Positions 10,330-18,803 of a stretch of DNA of 32,000 nt are shown piece after piece. The first letter of the stretch is position 1. Each line of letters opens with the position of its first letter. Origin of the DNA: Tannockella kyphosi (GTDB lineage: Bacteria > Bacillota_I > Bacilli_A > Erysipelotrichales > Coprobacillaceae); NCBI RefSeq assembly GCF_021054785.1, contig NZ_CP088239.1:210001-242000 (forward strand), given 5' to 3'. A program made the position numbers and the translations under genes. The notes beneath the pieces were generated by a model. That model was given only the letters and a program-made list of their open reading frames with translations, was not told the origin of the DNA and ran no database searches.

Positions 10330-11084
10330 TGGAAAGAGTGGCAAGATTATTTTCTTTTTCAAAAAAAGTCTCTTATAAAAAGTCAGAGATCTATAAAGAA
10401 ATAGAAAAACAACAAAGTATTTTAGTAGCAGAAGGATTTAAATTTGATCCAGAAAGCTATTTTGATATTTATTGTTATCAAATTATAATCGAAGGTATTA
10501 AAAATAAAATAAATATAGCGAAAGCATATGATGCTTTTATTTCTAATAACTTTGATTTATTAGAACATTGTAATTATGAACAACGTAGAAAAATGATTCA
10601 GGTAGATATTGATAAAGTTTTAGAAAAGAGTGCTTCTTTTCAATATCAGGATACTACTATTTATATCCCTTATTTAGAAGAATTTATGAATCAAAGGTAT
10701 TGTAATGATCATGCTATGGTTTTGTTGAAACAACATATTCAACATTTGAATAATTACCCAAAATCAATTGATCAAATGCTTGATTTATATCAAGAAAAAG
10801 TATTGTTATCTGATTTTTGTTCTTTAGAATATATTGGAAAATATTTTAATAATGATTGTTTTTATAGTAAAGAAGGTATTTTCATTAGTTATCAAGCGGA
10901 ACATAAAAAGTATAGTGAGTTTTTTGTTGTTGATAAGTATAATAAAGAGCTTCCTAGTAGTAATGATGTAAAAGAATTGTTAGAATTGGTAGAGTCTAAC
11001 AGGGATGATGTGATTGATTTTATGATTGAAAAAGAATTCATTCATCCAAAGTATAAAAAGAAGTTAGAAAAGAAAAGAAGTTAG
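10329..11084 (+). CDS. hypothetical protein (no recognisable domain)
   Basis: This 251-aa ORF has an ATG overlapping the rsmE stop (TAATG) and ends 8 nt before the mtaB start. It shows no motif I can assign and has a Lys-rich C-terminal tail. Confidence 0.6.
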   Translation: MERVARLFSFSKKVSYKKSEIYKEIEKQQSILVAEGFKFDPESYFDIYCYQIIIEGIKNKINIAKAYDAFISNNFDLLEHCNYEQRRKMIQVDIDKVLEKSASFQYQDTTIYIPYLEEFMNQRYCNDHAMVLLKQHIQHLNNYPKSIDQMLDLYQEKVLLSDFCSLEYIGKYFNNDCFYSKEGIFISYQAEHKKYSEFFVVDKYNKELPSSNDVKELLELVESNRDDVIDFMIEKEFIHPKYKKKLEKKRS

Positions 11085-11092
11085 GAGAATTT

Positions 11093-12382
11093 ATGAGCAC
11101 AGTTGCTATTCATACATTAGGTTGTAAAGTAAATAGTTATGAATCTCAAGCGATGTTAAAAGAGTTTGTAGAACATGGTTATAATGAAGTTGATTTTAAA
11201 AGTGAGGCAGATGTATATGTTATTAACACATGTACTGTTACAAATACCGGAGATAGTAAATCTAGACAAATGATTCGTAAAGCGATTCGTAACAATCCAA
11301 ATGCGATTGTTTGTGTAGTTGGGTGTTATAGTCAAATAGCACCAGATGAAATAGAAGCGATTGAAGGAGTTAGTGTTGTTTTAGGGACGCAGTATCGTAA
11401 TCAAATTATGCAGTTTGTGGAACAATATCAAGAGACAAAGGAAACAATTATAAAGGTTGATAATGTAATGAATCTTCAAAAGTTTGAAGATTTAAATATT
11501 GATCGTTTTAAAAATACAAGAGCTTATATAAAAATACAAGATGGTTGTAATAATTTTTGTACATACTGTATTATCCCTTACGCTAGAGGACGAGTGCGTT
11601 CTAGAATAAAAGAAAGTGTTTTAGAACAAATTGCTACTCTTGTAAAAAAAGGATATGTTGAAATAGTGTTAACAGGTATTCATACGGCAGGATATGGAGA
11701 AGATTTTGAGGATTATAATTTTTATTGTTTATTAAAAGACATTGTTCAAATAGAAGGATTGAAAAGATTACGTATCTCTTCTATTGAAATAAGCCAATTA
11801 ACAAAAGAAATCATGGAATTAATTGAAGATAGTCATATTATTGTGGATCATTTGCATGTACCACTACAATCTGGACATGATGCAACCTTAAAGCGTATGA
11901 ACCGTAAATACAATACAGAGCAATATCTTGCAAAAATAAAAGAAATAAAAGAACATATCCCAACTGTAAAATTCACTACAGATGTTATTGTTGGTTTTCC
12001 AGGAGAAACAGTAGAAGAATTTGAAGGGACTTATGCATTTATTCAAAAAGTAGGATTCTCTATGTTACACGTATTCCCATATTCAATTCGTAAAAACACG
12101 CCTGCTTCAAAAATGAAAGATCAGGTAAATGATCAAATAAAACATGAAAGAACAACAAGATTAGTACAATTATCAAATCAATTATTAGAAGAAACTTCTA
12201 AACAAGCAATTGGAGAAACTTATGAAGTATTATTTGAAAAGAAAGTTGGTGATGGCTATATCGGTCATGCAACTAACTATTTACAAGTAGTAGTAGAAAG
12301 TGACAAAAATATAATAGGTACAATTCAAAAAGTAGTTGTCGAAAGTTATGATGAAAAATTAAAGGGACGAGTGGTGGAATAA
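11093..12382 (+). CDS. mtaB: tRNA (N6-threonylcarbamoyladenosine) 2-methylthiotransferase MtaB
   Basis: Has the UPF0004 N-domain Cys triad (GCKVNSYE..NTCTV..GC), the radical SAM motif GCNNFCTYCIIPYARG and a C-terminal TRAM-like domain. Confidence 0.9.
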   Translation: MSTVAIHTLGCKVNSYESQAMLKEFVEHGYNEVDFKSEADVYVINTCTVTNTGDSKSRQMIRKAIRNNPNAIVCVVGCYSQIAPDEIEAIEGVSVVLGTQYRNQIMQFVEQYQETKETIIKVDNVMNLQKFEDLNIDRFKNTRAYIKIQDGCNNFCTYCIIPYARGRVRSRIKESVLEQIATLVKKGYVEIVLTGIHTAGYGEDFEDYNFYCLLKDIVQIEGLKRLRISSIEISQLTKEIMELIEDSHIIVDHLHVPLQSGHDATLKRMNRKYNTEQYLAKIKEIKEHIPTVKFTTDVIVGFPGETVEEFEGTYAFIQKVGFSMLHVFPYSIRKNTPASKMKDQVNDQIKHERTTRLVQLSNQLLEETSKQAIGETYEVLFEKKVGDGYIGHATNYLQVVVESDKNIIGTIQKVVVESYDEKLKGRVVE

Positions 12383-13851
12383 TGAAAAAACTAAACGAAT
12401 TATTTACAACTGAAAATGAAATGGCTGTTTATTCAATACATAGCGATTCTCGCTATGTATTACCACATTCTATTTTCTTTTGCATTGAAGGATTAACAGT
12501 AGATGGGCATCAGTATGTAGAAGATGCTATTTTTCAAGGTGCAAAATGTATTGTACATAGTCGTGAGTTAGATAATTATCATCCTAAGATTCAATATATA
12601 AAGGTTAGTAACACATTAAATGAATTAAATCGTGTTGCTGATTTATTTTATGATTCTCCTAGTTCGAAAATGAAAGTAATAGGAGTTACTGGAACTAGTG
12701 GTAAAACGGTAGTAGCTTCCTTTATTCATCAAGTATTAAATGAGTATTGTAAAGCTGGTTATATTGGGACATTATCTTTGATGTATAACAATGCTCAAAT
12801 AGAAACACCTTATACTACTCCAGAAACTGTATTTTTACAAAAACATTTGTTTCAAATGGCAAAAAGTGACGTAAAAGTAGTTGCTTTGGAAGCATCAAGT
12901 TATGGACTTGCATTAGGAAGAATTGATGGAGTTGATTTTGATATTGCAGTAGTTACTAATATTGGAGATGAACATTTAGAGTTTCATGGAACAAAAGAAC
13001 AATATGTAGCATGCAAACAAAAGTTATTTGAAAAAGTAGGGCCTAATCAGTATGCCGTAATTAATAATGATGATCATTTTGCTAGAAAGATGAAAGAAGT
13101 AACGAAAGCAAAATGTATTAGTTATGGTATGAATGAAAAGTCAGATATTATGGCTACGGATGTTTTGTTATCCTTGGAAGAAACAATATTTAATTTATAT
13201 ATCGGTGATCAAATAAATAGAATTAGAACACCATTATTAGGTATTCATAATGTTTATAATTTATTAGCAGTAGCAGCAACTTTAAAAGCAGTAGGTAGTG
13301 ATAATGAAATGATTTGTCAGTCTTTACAAAAAAACTTTCAAGTACAAGGTAGATATGAACCTTATACTAGTTATTATGGTGCAAAAGTAATTGTGGACTA
13401 TTGTCATACATTACAAAACTATAAAGATATATTCCAATTTGTAGACAAAACAAAAAACCCTAGTGCAAGAGTATTTGTTGTTCTTGGTTTGCCTAGTAAA
13501 AGAGAAATTCGTAATCGTGAAAAAATTGGAGAATTAGCAAACTATTATGTAGACCATGTTATTATCACTAGAAGTGATGAACGTGGAGAATCATTGCAAG
13601 CAATTGGGGCTATGATACAAAAACCAATAGTAGATATTCCTAGTATTATTATTGAAGATCGTCAAATAGCTATTGAACAAGCCTTACAATTAGCAAGTAA
13701 AGATGATATAGTAATGGTATTAGGAAAAGGACATGAAGATTTTATGGCCTTAGAAACGGGGAAAGTCGCTTATTTAGGGGATGGGACTATCGTTGAAAAT
13801 ATAATAAAATATGAAGGAGAATTAGAAAATGAATTACAGTGGAATGATTGA
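12382..13851 (+). CDS. Mur-ligase family protein, MurE-like (UDP-MurNAc-L-Ala-D-Glu:amino acid ligase) with atypical C-terminal motifs
   Basis: MurE-type motifs [35 protein letters not shown] and GKGHEDF are present. The usual GCGGDRD and DNPR motifs are replaced (see findings). TGA stop. Confidence 0.8.
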   Translation: MKKLNELFTTENEMAVYSIHSDSRYVLPHSIFFCIEGLTVDGHQYVEDAIFQGAKCIVHSRELDNYHPKIQYIKVSNTLNELNRVADLFYDSPSSKMKVIGVTGTSGKTVVASFIHQVLNEYCKAGYIGTLSLMYNNAQIETPYTTPETVFLQKHLFQMAKSDVKVVALEASSYGLALGRIDGVDFDIAVVTNIGDEHLEFHGTKEQYVACKQKLFEKVGPNQYAVINNDDHFARKMKEVTKAKCISYGMNEKSDIMATDVLLSLEETIFNLYIGDQINRIRTPLLGIHNVYNLLAVAATLKAVGSDNEMICQSLQKNFQVQGRYEPYTSYYGAKVIVDYCHTLQNYKDIFQFVDKTKNPSARVFVVLGLPSKREIRNREKIGELANYYVDHVIITRSDERGESLQAIGAMIQKPIVDIPSIIIEDRQIAIEQALQLASKDDIVMVLGKGHEDFMALETGKVAYLGDGTIVENIIKYEGELENELQWND

Positions 13852-14491
13852 TCATACGGCATTAAAACCAGATACTACAAAGGAACAAATTACACAATTA
13901 TGTAAAGAAGCAAAAGAATTTCATTTTGCATCAGTTTGTGTAAACCCAACATGGATTCAATATTGTGCTACTTTATTAGAAGCTACAGAAGTAAAAGTAT
14001 GTACTGTTATTGGATTCCCATTAGGAGCTAACACAAGTGCTACAAAAGCATTTGAAACAACAAATGCAATTGAAAATGGAGCAAATGAAATAGATATGGT
14101 TATCAATATTGGTGCCTTAAAAGATGGGAATACAGCACTAGTAAAAGCTGATATCGAAGCAGTAGTAGAAGCAGCAAAAGGAACATGTGTAAAAGTAATT
14201 ATTGAAACATGCTTACTTACAAAAGAAGAAATAGTAACTGTTTGTACACTAGCAAAAGAAGCAAAAGCTACTTTTGTAAAAACATCAACAGGATTTAGTA
14301 CCGGTGGTGCTACAGTAGAAGATGTTGCTTTAATGAAACAAACAGTTGGTGAAGATTTAGAAGTAAAGGCATCTGGTGGTGTTCGTACATTTGAAGATAT
14401 GGAAAATGTCGTAAAAGCAGGTGCATCTCGTATTGGAACAAGTTCTGGATGTAAATTAGTAAATAAAGAAGTAAGTACAAGCGAATATTAA
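13829..14491 (+). CDS. deoC: deoxyribose-phosphate aldolase
   Basis: Motifs [31 protein letters not shown] (Schiff-base Lys) and KASGGVR are present. It overlaps the preceding gene by 23 nt. Confidence 0.92.
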   Translation: MNYSGMIDHTALKPDTTKEQITQLCKEAKEFHFASVCVNPTWIQYCATLLEATEVKVCTVIGFPLGANTSATKAFETTNAIENGANEIDMVINIGALKDGNTALVKADIEAVVEAAKGTCVKVIIETCLLTKEEIVTVCTLAKEAKATFVKTSTGFSTGGATVEDVALMKQTVGEDLEVKASGGVRTFEDMENVVKAGASRIGTSSGCKLVNKEVSTSEY

Positions 14492-14498
14492 TAGAATG

Positions 14499-14528
14499 CT
14501 GAATAGCCCTCGGGTTGTTCAGTTTTTT
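14499..14528 (+). terminator. rho-independent terminator after deoC
   Basis: A 10-bp stem (ctgaatagcc / ggttgttcag, two G-U pairs) with a 4-nt loop is followed by TTTTTT. Confidence 0.7.
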
Positions 14529-14669
14529 AATAACTTATTAAATAAAAATATAAGTTAGAAAAGAATAAATGATGAATTAGTGTATAATTTAATTAAATAA
14601 GTGAGCTATTAACCATATTTTAACCTTTACAAGTTATGATAGGGTTATAAAAGAAAGGAGGACCTATCA

Positions 14670-15359
14670 ATGAGGATACTAGTTTGTGAAGATGAAGAGA
14701 ACTTAAACAGATTAATAAGTAAAAAATTAAAATTAGAAGGATATGCTGTAGATAGTTGTTTTAACGGAGAAGAGGGACTTTATTATGTAGAGCAAACAAT
14801 CTATGATTTAGTTATTTTAGATGTGATGATGCCTATTATGGATGGACATCAATTATTAGATGCAATGCGTAAAGCAGGAATAGAATATCCGGTATTGTTT
14901 CTAACAGCAAAAGATTCGAATGAAGATATTGTGGAAGGCTTGGATTTGGGTGCAAATGACTATGTAATAAAACCTTTTACTTTTGATGTTCTACTTGCAA
15001 GAGTGAGAATGTTACTTAGAACAAGACCAAGAGGAAGTGCTACTATTTTATCTATTTATGACATGAAAATAGATATCTCAAAAAGAGAAGTGAGAAGAAA
15101 TAATGAAATTATTGTTTTAAGTGCAAAGGAATATGCGATTGTAGAATATTTGGCATATAATAAGGATGTTGTGGTAACAAAGGAACAAATAGAAGAGAAC
15201 ATATGGGACTACGATAGTGAAATAGGAACTGGATTAGTGAAAGTATATATTAGTTATTTACGTAAAAAACTTGATGATCCTTATGAAAGGAAGTTAATAC
15301 ATACAGTTAGAGGAATAGGATATGTATTACGCAGTGAAAACAATGAGTCTAAAGATTAA
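14670..15359 (+). CDS. OmpR-family response regulator
   Basis: Receiver motifs DLVILDVMMPIMDG, LTAKD and KPF are present. The winged-helix C-terminus ends ...TVRGIGYVL. A strong SD (AAAGGAGG) lies upstream. Confidence 0.92.
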   Translation: MRILVCEDEENLNRLISKKLKLEGYAVDSCFNGEEGLYYVEQTIYDLVILDVMMPIMDGHQLLDAMRKAGIEYPVLFLTAKDSNEDIVEGLDLGANDYVIKPFTFDVLLARVRMLLRTRPRGSATILSIYDMKIDISKREVRRNNEIIVLSAKEYAIVEYLAYNKDVVVTKEQIEENIWDYDSEIGTGLVKVYISYLRKKLDDPYERKLIHTVRGIGYVLRSENNESKD

Positions 15360-16653
15360 ATTATCTATCTATAATGCACTACTAATGTCTATGATGGTTG
15401 TTATTGTAATAGCGTTCTTAATTATGATTAGTGGAAATGTTGTAGTAAGTAGTTCCCAAAATACATTAACAGAAGCAGTGGAAGAAGTAGCAGATGAAGT
15501 AGAATATGAAAAAGGTAAAATTGAAATAGATGATGATGTTTATTATAGTGATCAAGTTTCTATTTTGATATATAGTAGTCAAGGTGTCTTGTTAGAAGGA
15601 GTAAATAATCATAATATTGATGAATCACTAAGCAATGGACAAATTGGAACAATAACAATAGATGGTAATGAGTATATGTATTATGATGTCTTTGTTGGTG
15701 ATGAAAATTTATTTGTTCGTGGGATTGTTTCTACAAGTGCTATTACGGGAGTGCTAGATGAAGTATTTCGAATAGCGATTATTATGTTACCTACATTTAT
15801 TGCTATTTCATTTGCCGGAAGTTATTTCTTATGTAAAAGATCATTTAAACCTTTGGATAATGTGATTGAAACAGCAGAAAAAATAAGCAAAGAAGATGAT
15901 TTAACATTAAGGATTCATCCTGAAAACAAAAAAGATGAAATAACAAGACTTGCTATTACATTTGATAAAATGATGGAAAAGTTAGAGAACATGATGAAAG
16001 TAGAAAAACAATTTACATCCGATGTATCCCATGAATTGAGAACACCTGTCTCTATTATTCTTGCAGAATGTGAAATAGCAAAGAATGGCACACAAGAAGA
16101 ATTAAATCAATCTGTGCAAGGAATAGAAAAACAAACTATCAAGATTAAAAATTTAATTAATCAATTATTAAATCTTGTAAGATTAGAAAATGGCATTCAT
16201 AAACTAGAACTTGAAACAGTAGATCTAAGTGAATTAATAGAATTAATATGTAATGAACAAAGAAAAGTATTACCATCATCAATCACCATAGAAGATGATA
16301 TTCAAGAAGGTATTACTTATTTATTAGACTATACGATGATTTCTAGAGTAATCGTAAATCTAATTAATAATAGTATAAAATATATTGGACAAGGCAGTAC
16401 AATAAAAGTGAGTCTTGCCCAAACACAAGAAACAATTCATATTACGGTAGCAGATGATGGGATAGGGATTCCTGCTTCTGGAATAGAAAATATATTTACT
16501 AGATTTTATCAAGTAGATAAAGCAAGAAATGGTGATAGCATGGGATTAGGTTTATCGATGGTGAAACAGTTAGTAGAATTACATGGTGGCCAAATTGGTG
16601 TAACAAGTGAGTTAGACAAAGGAAGCACATTTGTAATCACATTAAAAAAATAG
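15322..16653 (+). CDS. sensor histidine kinase (two TM segments, HAMP-like linker, HisKA + HATPase_c)
   Basis: Has the H-box SHELRTP, N-box NLINNSIKY, G1 DDGIGI and G2 GLGLSMV. The start at 15322 has a GAGGA SD 7 nt upstream, and an alternative ATG lies at 15343. Either start overlaps the response regulator gene. Confidence 0.9.
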   Translation: MYYAVKTMSLKIKLSIYNALLMSMMVVIVIAFLIMISGNVVVSSSQNTLTEAVEEVADEVEYEKGKIEIDDDVYYSDQVSILIYSSQGVLLEGVNNHNIDESLSNGQIGTITIDGNEYMYYDVFVGDENLFVRGIVSTSAITGVLDEVFRIAIIMLPTFIAISFAGSYFLCKRSFKPLDNVIETAEKISKEDDLTLRIHPENKKDEITRLAITFDKMMEKLENMMKVEKQFTSDVSHELRTPVSIILAECEIAKNGTQEELNQSVQGIEKQTIKIKNLINQLLNLVRLENGIHKLELETVDLSELIELICNEQRKVLPSSITIEDDIQEGITYLLDYTMISRVIVNLINNSIKYIGQGSTIKVSLAQTQETIHITVADDGIGIPASGIENIFTRFYQVDKARNGDSMGLGLSMVKQLVELHGGQIGVTSELDKGSTFVITLKK

Positions 16654-16663
16654 GAGAGAAAAA

Positions 16664-17743
16664 ATGAAAAAGAAAATAGTAGTAGCATTAGTAATGCTAG
16701 CAGTAGTAATAGTGGGACGAACGATTAGTTATGCATTAGAAGTATCAAAAACGAATAATGATGTTGTAGAAATAGTAGAAGATACAGTAATTGCAACAAA
16801 TGATTCTTATATTGGAGAAGATGCAGCAAGCACAGTAGCATTTGAGCATGCAGGTGTTGAAGAAAGTGCAGTAACAAATTTAGTAGTTACTTTTGATTTC
16901 GATGATGGAGTAGCAGAATATGAAGTAGATTTCAATGTTGATACAACAGAATATGATTATGAAATTAATGCACTAACAGGAGCTGTTATTGGATATGATA
17001 AAGATGTTGAAAAAACACAAAGCACTACTTCTAGTAGTACATCAACAAGTTATATTGGAGAAACAAAAGCAAAAGCTGCTGCTTTCACTCATGCAAATAT
17101 AAATGAAAGTGATGCCTCTAATGTAGTAGTTACTTTTGATTTCGATGATGGAGTAGCAGAATATGAAGTAGATTTCAATGTCGCTACAACAGAATATGAT
17201 TATGAAATTAATGCACTAACAGGAGCTGTTATTGGATATGATAAAGATGTTGAAAAAACACAAAGCACTACTTCTAGTAGTACATCAACAAGTTATATTG
17301 GAGAAACAAAAGCAAAAGCTGCTGCTTTCACTCATGCAAATATAAATGAAAGTGATGCCTCTAATGTAGTAGTTACTTTTGATTTCGATGATGGAGTAGC
17401 AGAATATGAAGTAGATTTCAATGTCGATACAACAGAATATGATTATGAAATTAATGCACTAACAGGAGCTGTTATTGGATATGATAAAGATGTTGAAAAA
17501 ACACAAAGCACTACTTCTAGTAGTACATCAACAAGTTATATTGGAGAAACAAAAGCAAAAGCTGCCGCTTTCACTCATGCAAATATAAATGAAAGTGATG
17601 CCTCTAATGTAGTAGTTACTTTTGATTTCGATGATGGAGTAGCAGAATATGAAGTAGATTTCAATGTCGATACAACAGAATATGATTATGAAATTAATGC
17701 ACTAACAGGAGCTATTTATGAATTTAGTGTGGAAAGAGATTAA
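16664..17743 (+). CDS. secreted/membrane-anchored protein with four tandem PepSY-like modules
   Basis: An N-terminal hydrophobic signal/anchor (KKKIVVALVMLAVVIVG) is followed by four repeats of an ~81-aa unit. The unit reads ...A.AFTHA.I.ESD..NVVVTFDFDDGVAEYEVDFNV.TTEYDYEINALTGAV... and units are joined by Ser/Thr-rich linkers. Confidence 0.85.
   Translation: MKKKIVVALVMLAVVIVGRTISYALEVSKTNNDVVEIVEDTVIATNDSYIGEDAASTVAFEHAGVEESAVTNLVVTFDFDDGVAEYEVDFNVDTTEYDYEINALTGAVIGYDKDVEKTQSTTSSSTSTSYIGETKAKAAAFTHANINESDASNVVVTFDFDDGVAEYEVDFNVATTEYDYEINALTGAVIGYDKDVEKTQSTTSSSTSTSYIGETKAKAAAFTHANINESDASNVVVTFDFDDGVAEYEVDFNVDTTEYDYEINALTGAVIGYDKDVEKTQSTTSSSTSTSYIGETKAKAAAFTHANINESDASNVVVTFDFDDGVAEYEVDFNVDTTEYDYEINALTGAIYEFSVERD
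16805..17740 (+). repeat. 243-bp tandem repeat, ~3.9 copies, within the PepSY gene
   Basis: Unit starts lie at 16805, 17048, 17291 and 17534, an exact 243-nt period. Units 2-4 differ only by isolated substitutions (e.g. gtcgctaca vs gtcgataca, gctgctgct vs gctgccgct). Unit 1 diverges in its first ~75 nt. Confidence 0.95.
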
Positions 17744-17763
17744 AAGTAGGGACTGTATTTAAA

Positions 17764-17800
17764 AGAAAGGATAGACACTTGGGGTCTATCCTTTCTTGTT
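17764..17800 (+). terminator. probable terminator after the PepSY gene
   Basis: A 13-bp perfect stem (agaaaggatagac / gtctatcctttct) is present, but the downstream T-tract is interrupted (ttgttcatttc). Confidence 0.6.
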
Positions 17801-17821
17801 CATTTCTAAGATCATATTGAA

Positions 17822-17865
17822 TAAAAAAAGATATACATGTGAAGTTTTACTTTACATGTATATCT
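17822..17865 (-). terminator. rho-independent terminator of the minus-strand PRD gene
   Basis: A 12-bp perfect stem (agatatacatgt / acatgtatatct) lies 2 nt after the stop codon. On the minus strand it is followed by a run of seven or more T. Confidence 0.75.
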
Positions 17866-17867
17866 AG

Positions 17868-18560
17868 TTAAACTAAAGGATTGTTTTTTTGTTGATTCAT
17901 TGCAACAATGAAGTGAAGTGTTAAATAAGCAATTTCATCATCACTAAATACAGTATCATATTTTTCTTTAACAATAGGATTTAATAATGCAGCATATTTA
18001 AATTCTTCTGGATGACGTTCTTTGATTTTTTCAACTAATGGATTATCTAATTGTTGATTGTTTTTTAAACGATAAATAGCTTGTTGTAAATGTAATCCTA
18101 CAGTAGTTACAATTTTATCGCTAGATTCAATTTTAAAACCATAAGTTTTATCAATGTCTTCTAAAACCTTTAATAAGATATTCACTACTTCATCTTCTAA
18201 AAAGTCAAAGCTAGGAATCATATCTACATCTAATAAATTATTATTTGAAAAATACATAGTAATTAAATCAATTTCATTTTCAGGAAAACTAACTCCATAT
18301 ACTTCTTCTATTTTATGACAAATAGTAGCAGCTAAATTATGAAATTCATTGTTTTTAAAAACACTTAATTGACTACTGCTTAGTTCAATATAATTTTTAG
18401 CTTGTAATCTTATAATTGCAATTGATAAGTGTGTAGCAATATTTTGAATATTAGAGTCTAATAAGTCTATATGTAATGCGTTGATTTCTGTTTTAATTAA
18501 ATTTAAAATATCATCTCTTGTTTGTGCAAATGATTCATTTGTTAGTTGTATGCTCATCAT
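17868..18560 (-). CDS. stand-alone PRD-domain protein (two PRDs, BglG/LicT-like, no CAT RNA-binding domain)
   Basis: PRD1 reads IATHLSIAIIRL ... VSFPENEIDLITMYF. PRD2 reads VGLHLQQAIYRL ... DDEIAYLTLHFIVAM. The track start at 18578 is TTG. The tandem ATGs at 18560/18557 sit just after GGGGGAGG, so one of them is the likelier start. Confidence 0.8.
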   Translation of the reverse strand: MMSIQLTNESFAQTRDDILNLIKTEINALHIDLLDSNIQNIATHLSIAIIRLQAKNYIELSSSQLSVFKNNEFHNLAATICHKIEEVYGVSFPENEIDLITMYFSNNNLLDVDMIPSFDFLEDEVVNILLKVLEDIDKTYGFKIESSDKIVTTVGLHLQQAIYRLKNNQQLDNPLVEKIKERHPEEFKYAALLNPIVKEKYDTVFSDDEIAYLTLHFIVAMNQQKNNPLV

Positions 18561-18645
18561 TTCCTCCCCCGTTTTCAATTATTTTTTAAGTCATGTAATA
18601 TAATATATTATATGCCCAAAAAAAGCTATAAAAATTTAATTAATT

Positions 18646-18674
18646 TTGATAAAGCATATAGGTGGAAATATAAA
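18646..18674 (+). promoter_or_regulatory. candidate sigma-A promoter (distal) upstream of pflB
   Basis: TTGATA, a 17-nt spacer, then TATAAA. Confidence 0.35.
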
Positions 18675-18738
18675 AAAGAAATTGGTATATTATTAGGGTG
18701 TTATAGCAAAAAAACTTTGAAATTTAAGTATAATTCCA

Positions 18739-18767
18739 TTGTTTGCTAAGATAGTAAGTGCTATAAT
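18739..18767 (+). promoter_or_regulatory. candidate sigma-A promoter (proximal, extended -10) upstream of pflB
   Basis: TTGTTT, a 17-nt spacer, then TATAAT preceded by TGC (TGn extended -10). It lies ~37 nt upstream of the pflB ATG. Confidence 0.5.
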
Positions 18768-18803
18768 GATTGAGGAATTTAAATAAAACAGGAGGATCGT
18801 AAC

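Noticed and set aside
13849-13851. Possible genetic code 4 (TGA = Trp), considered because of the AT-richness and because TGA appears as a stop only once (in the MurE-like gene).
   Set aside because: All ~30 long genes are intact under the standard code with no in-frame TGA, and Trp is encoded by TGG throughout. A code-4 genome of this composition would show many in-frame TGAs.
16805-17740. A regular repeat array that might be taken for a CRISPR or a non-coding satellite.
   Set aside because: The period is 243 nt with no unique spacers. It is entirely in frame within a CDS and encodes repeated PepSY modules. No cas genes are present.
18546-18749. A 67-aa plus-strand ORF in the PRD/pflB intergenic region.
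   Set aside because: It starts inside the minus-strand PRD gene's start region and has no SD. It runs through promoter-like AT-rich sequence, and its Lys/Tyr-rich translation has no motif. I treat it as non-coding.
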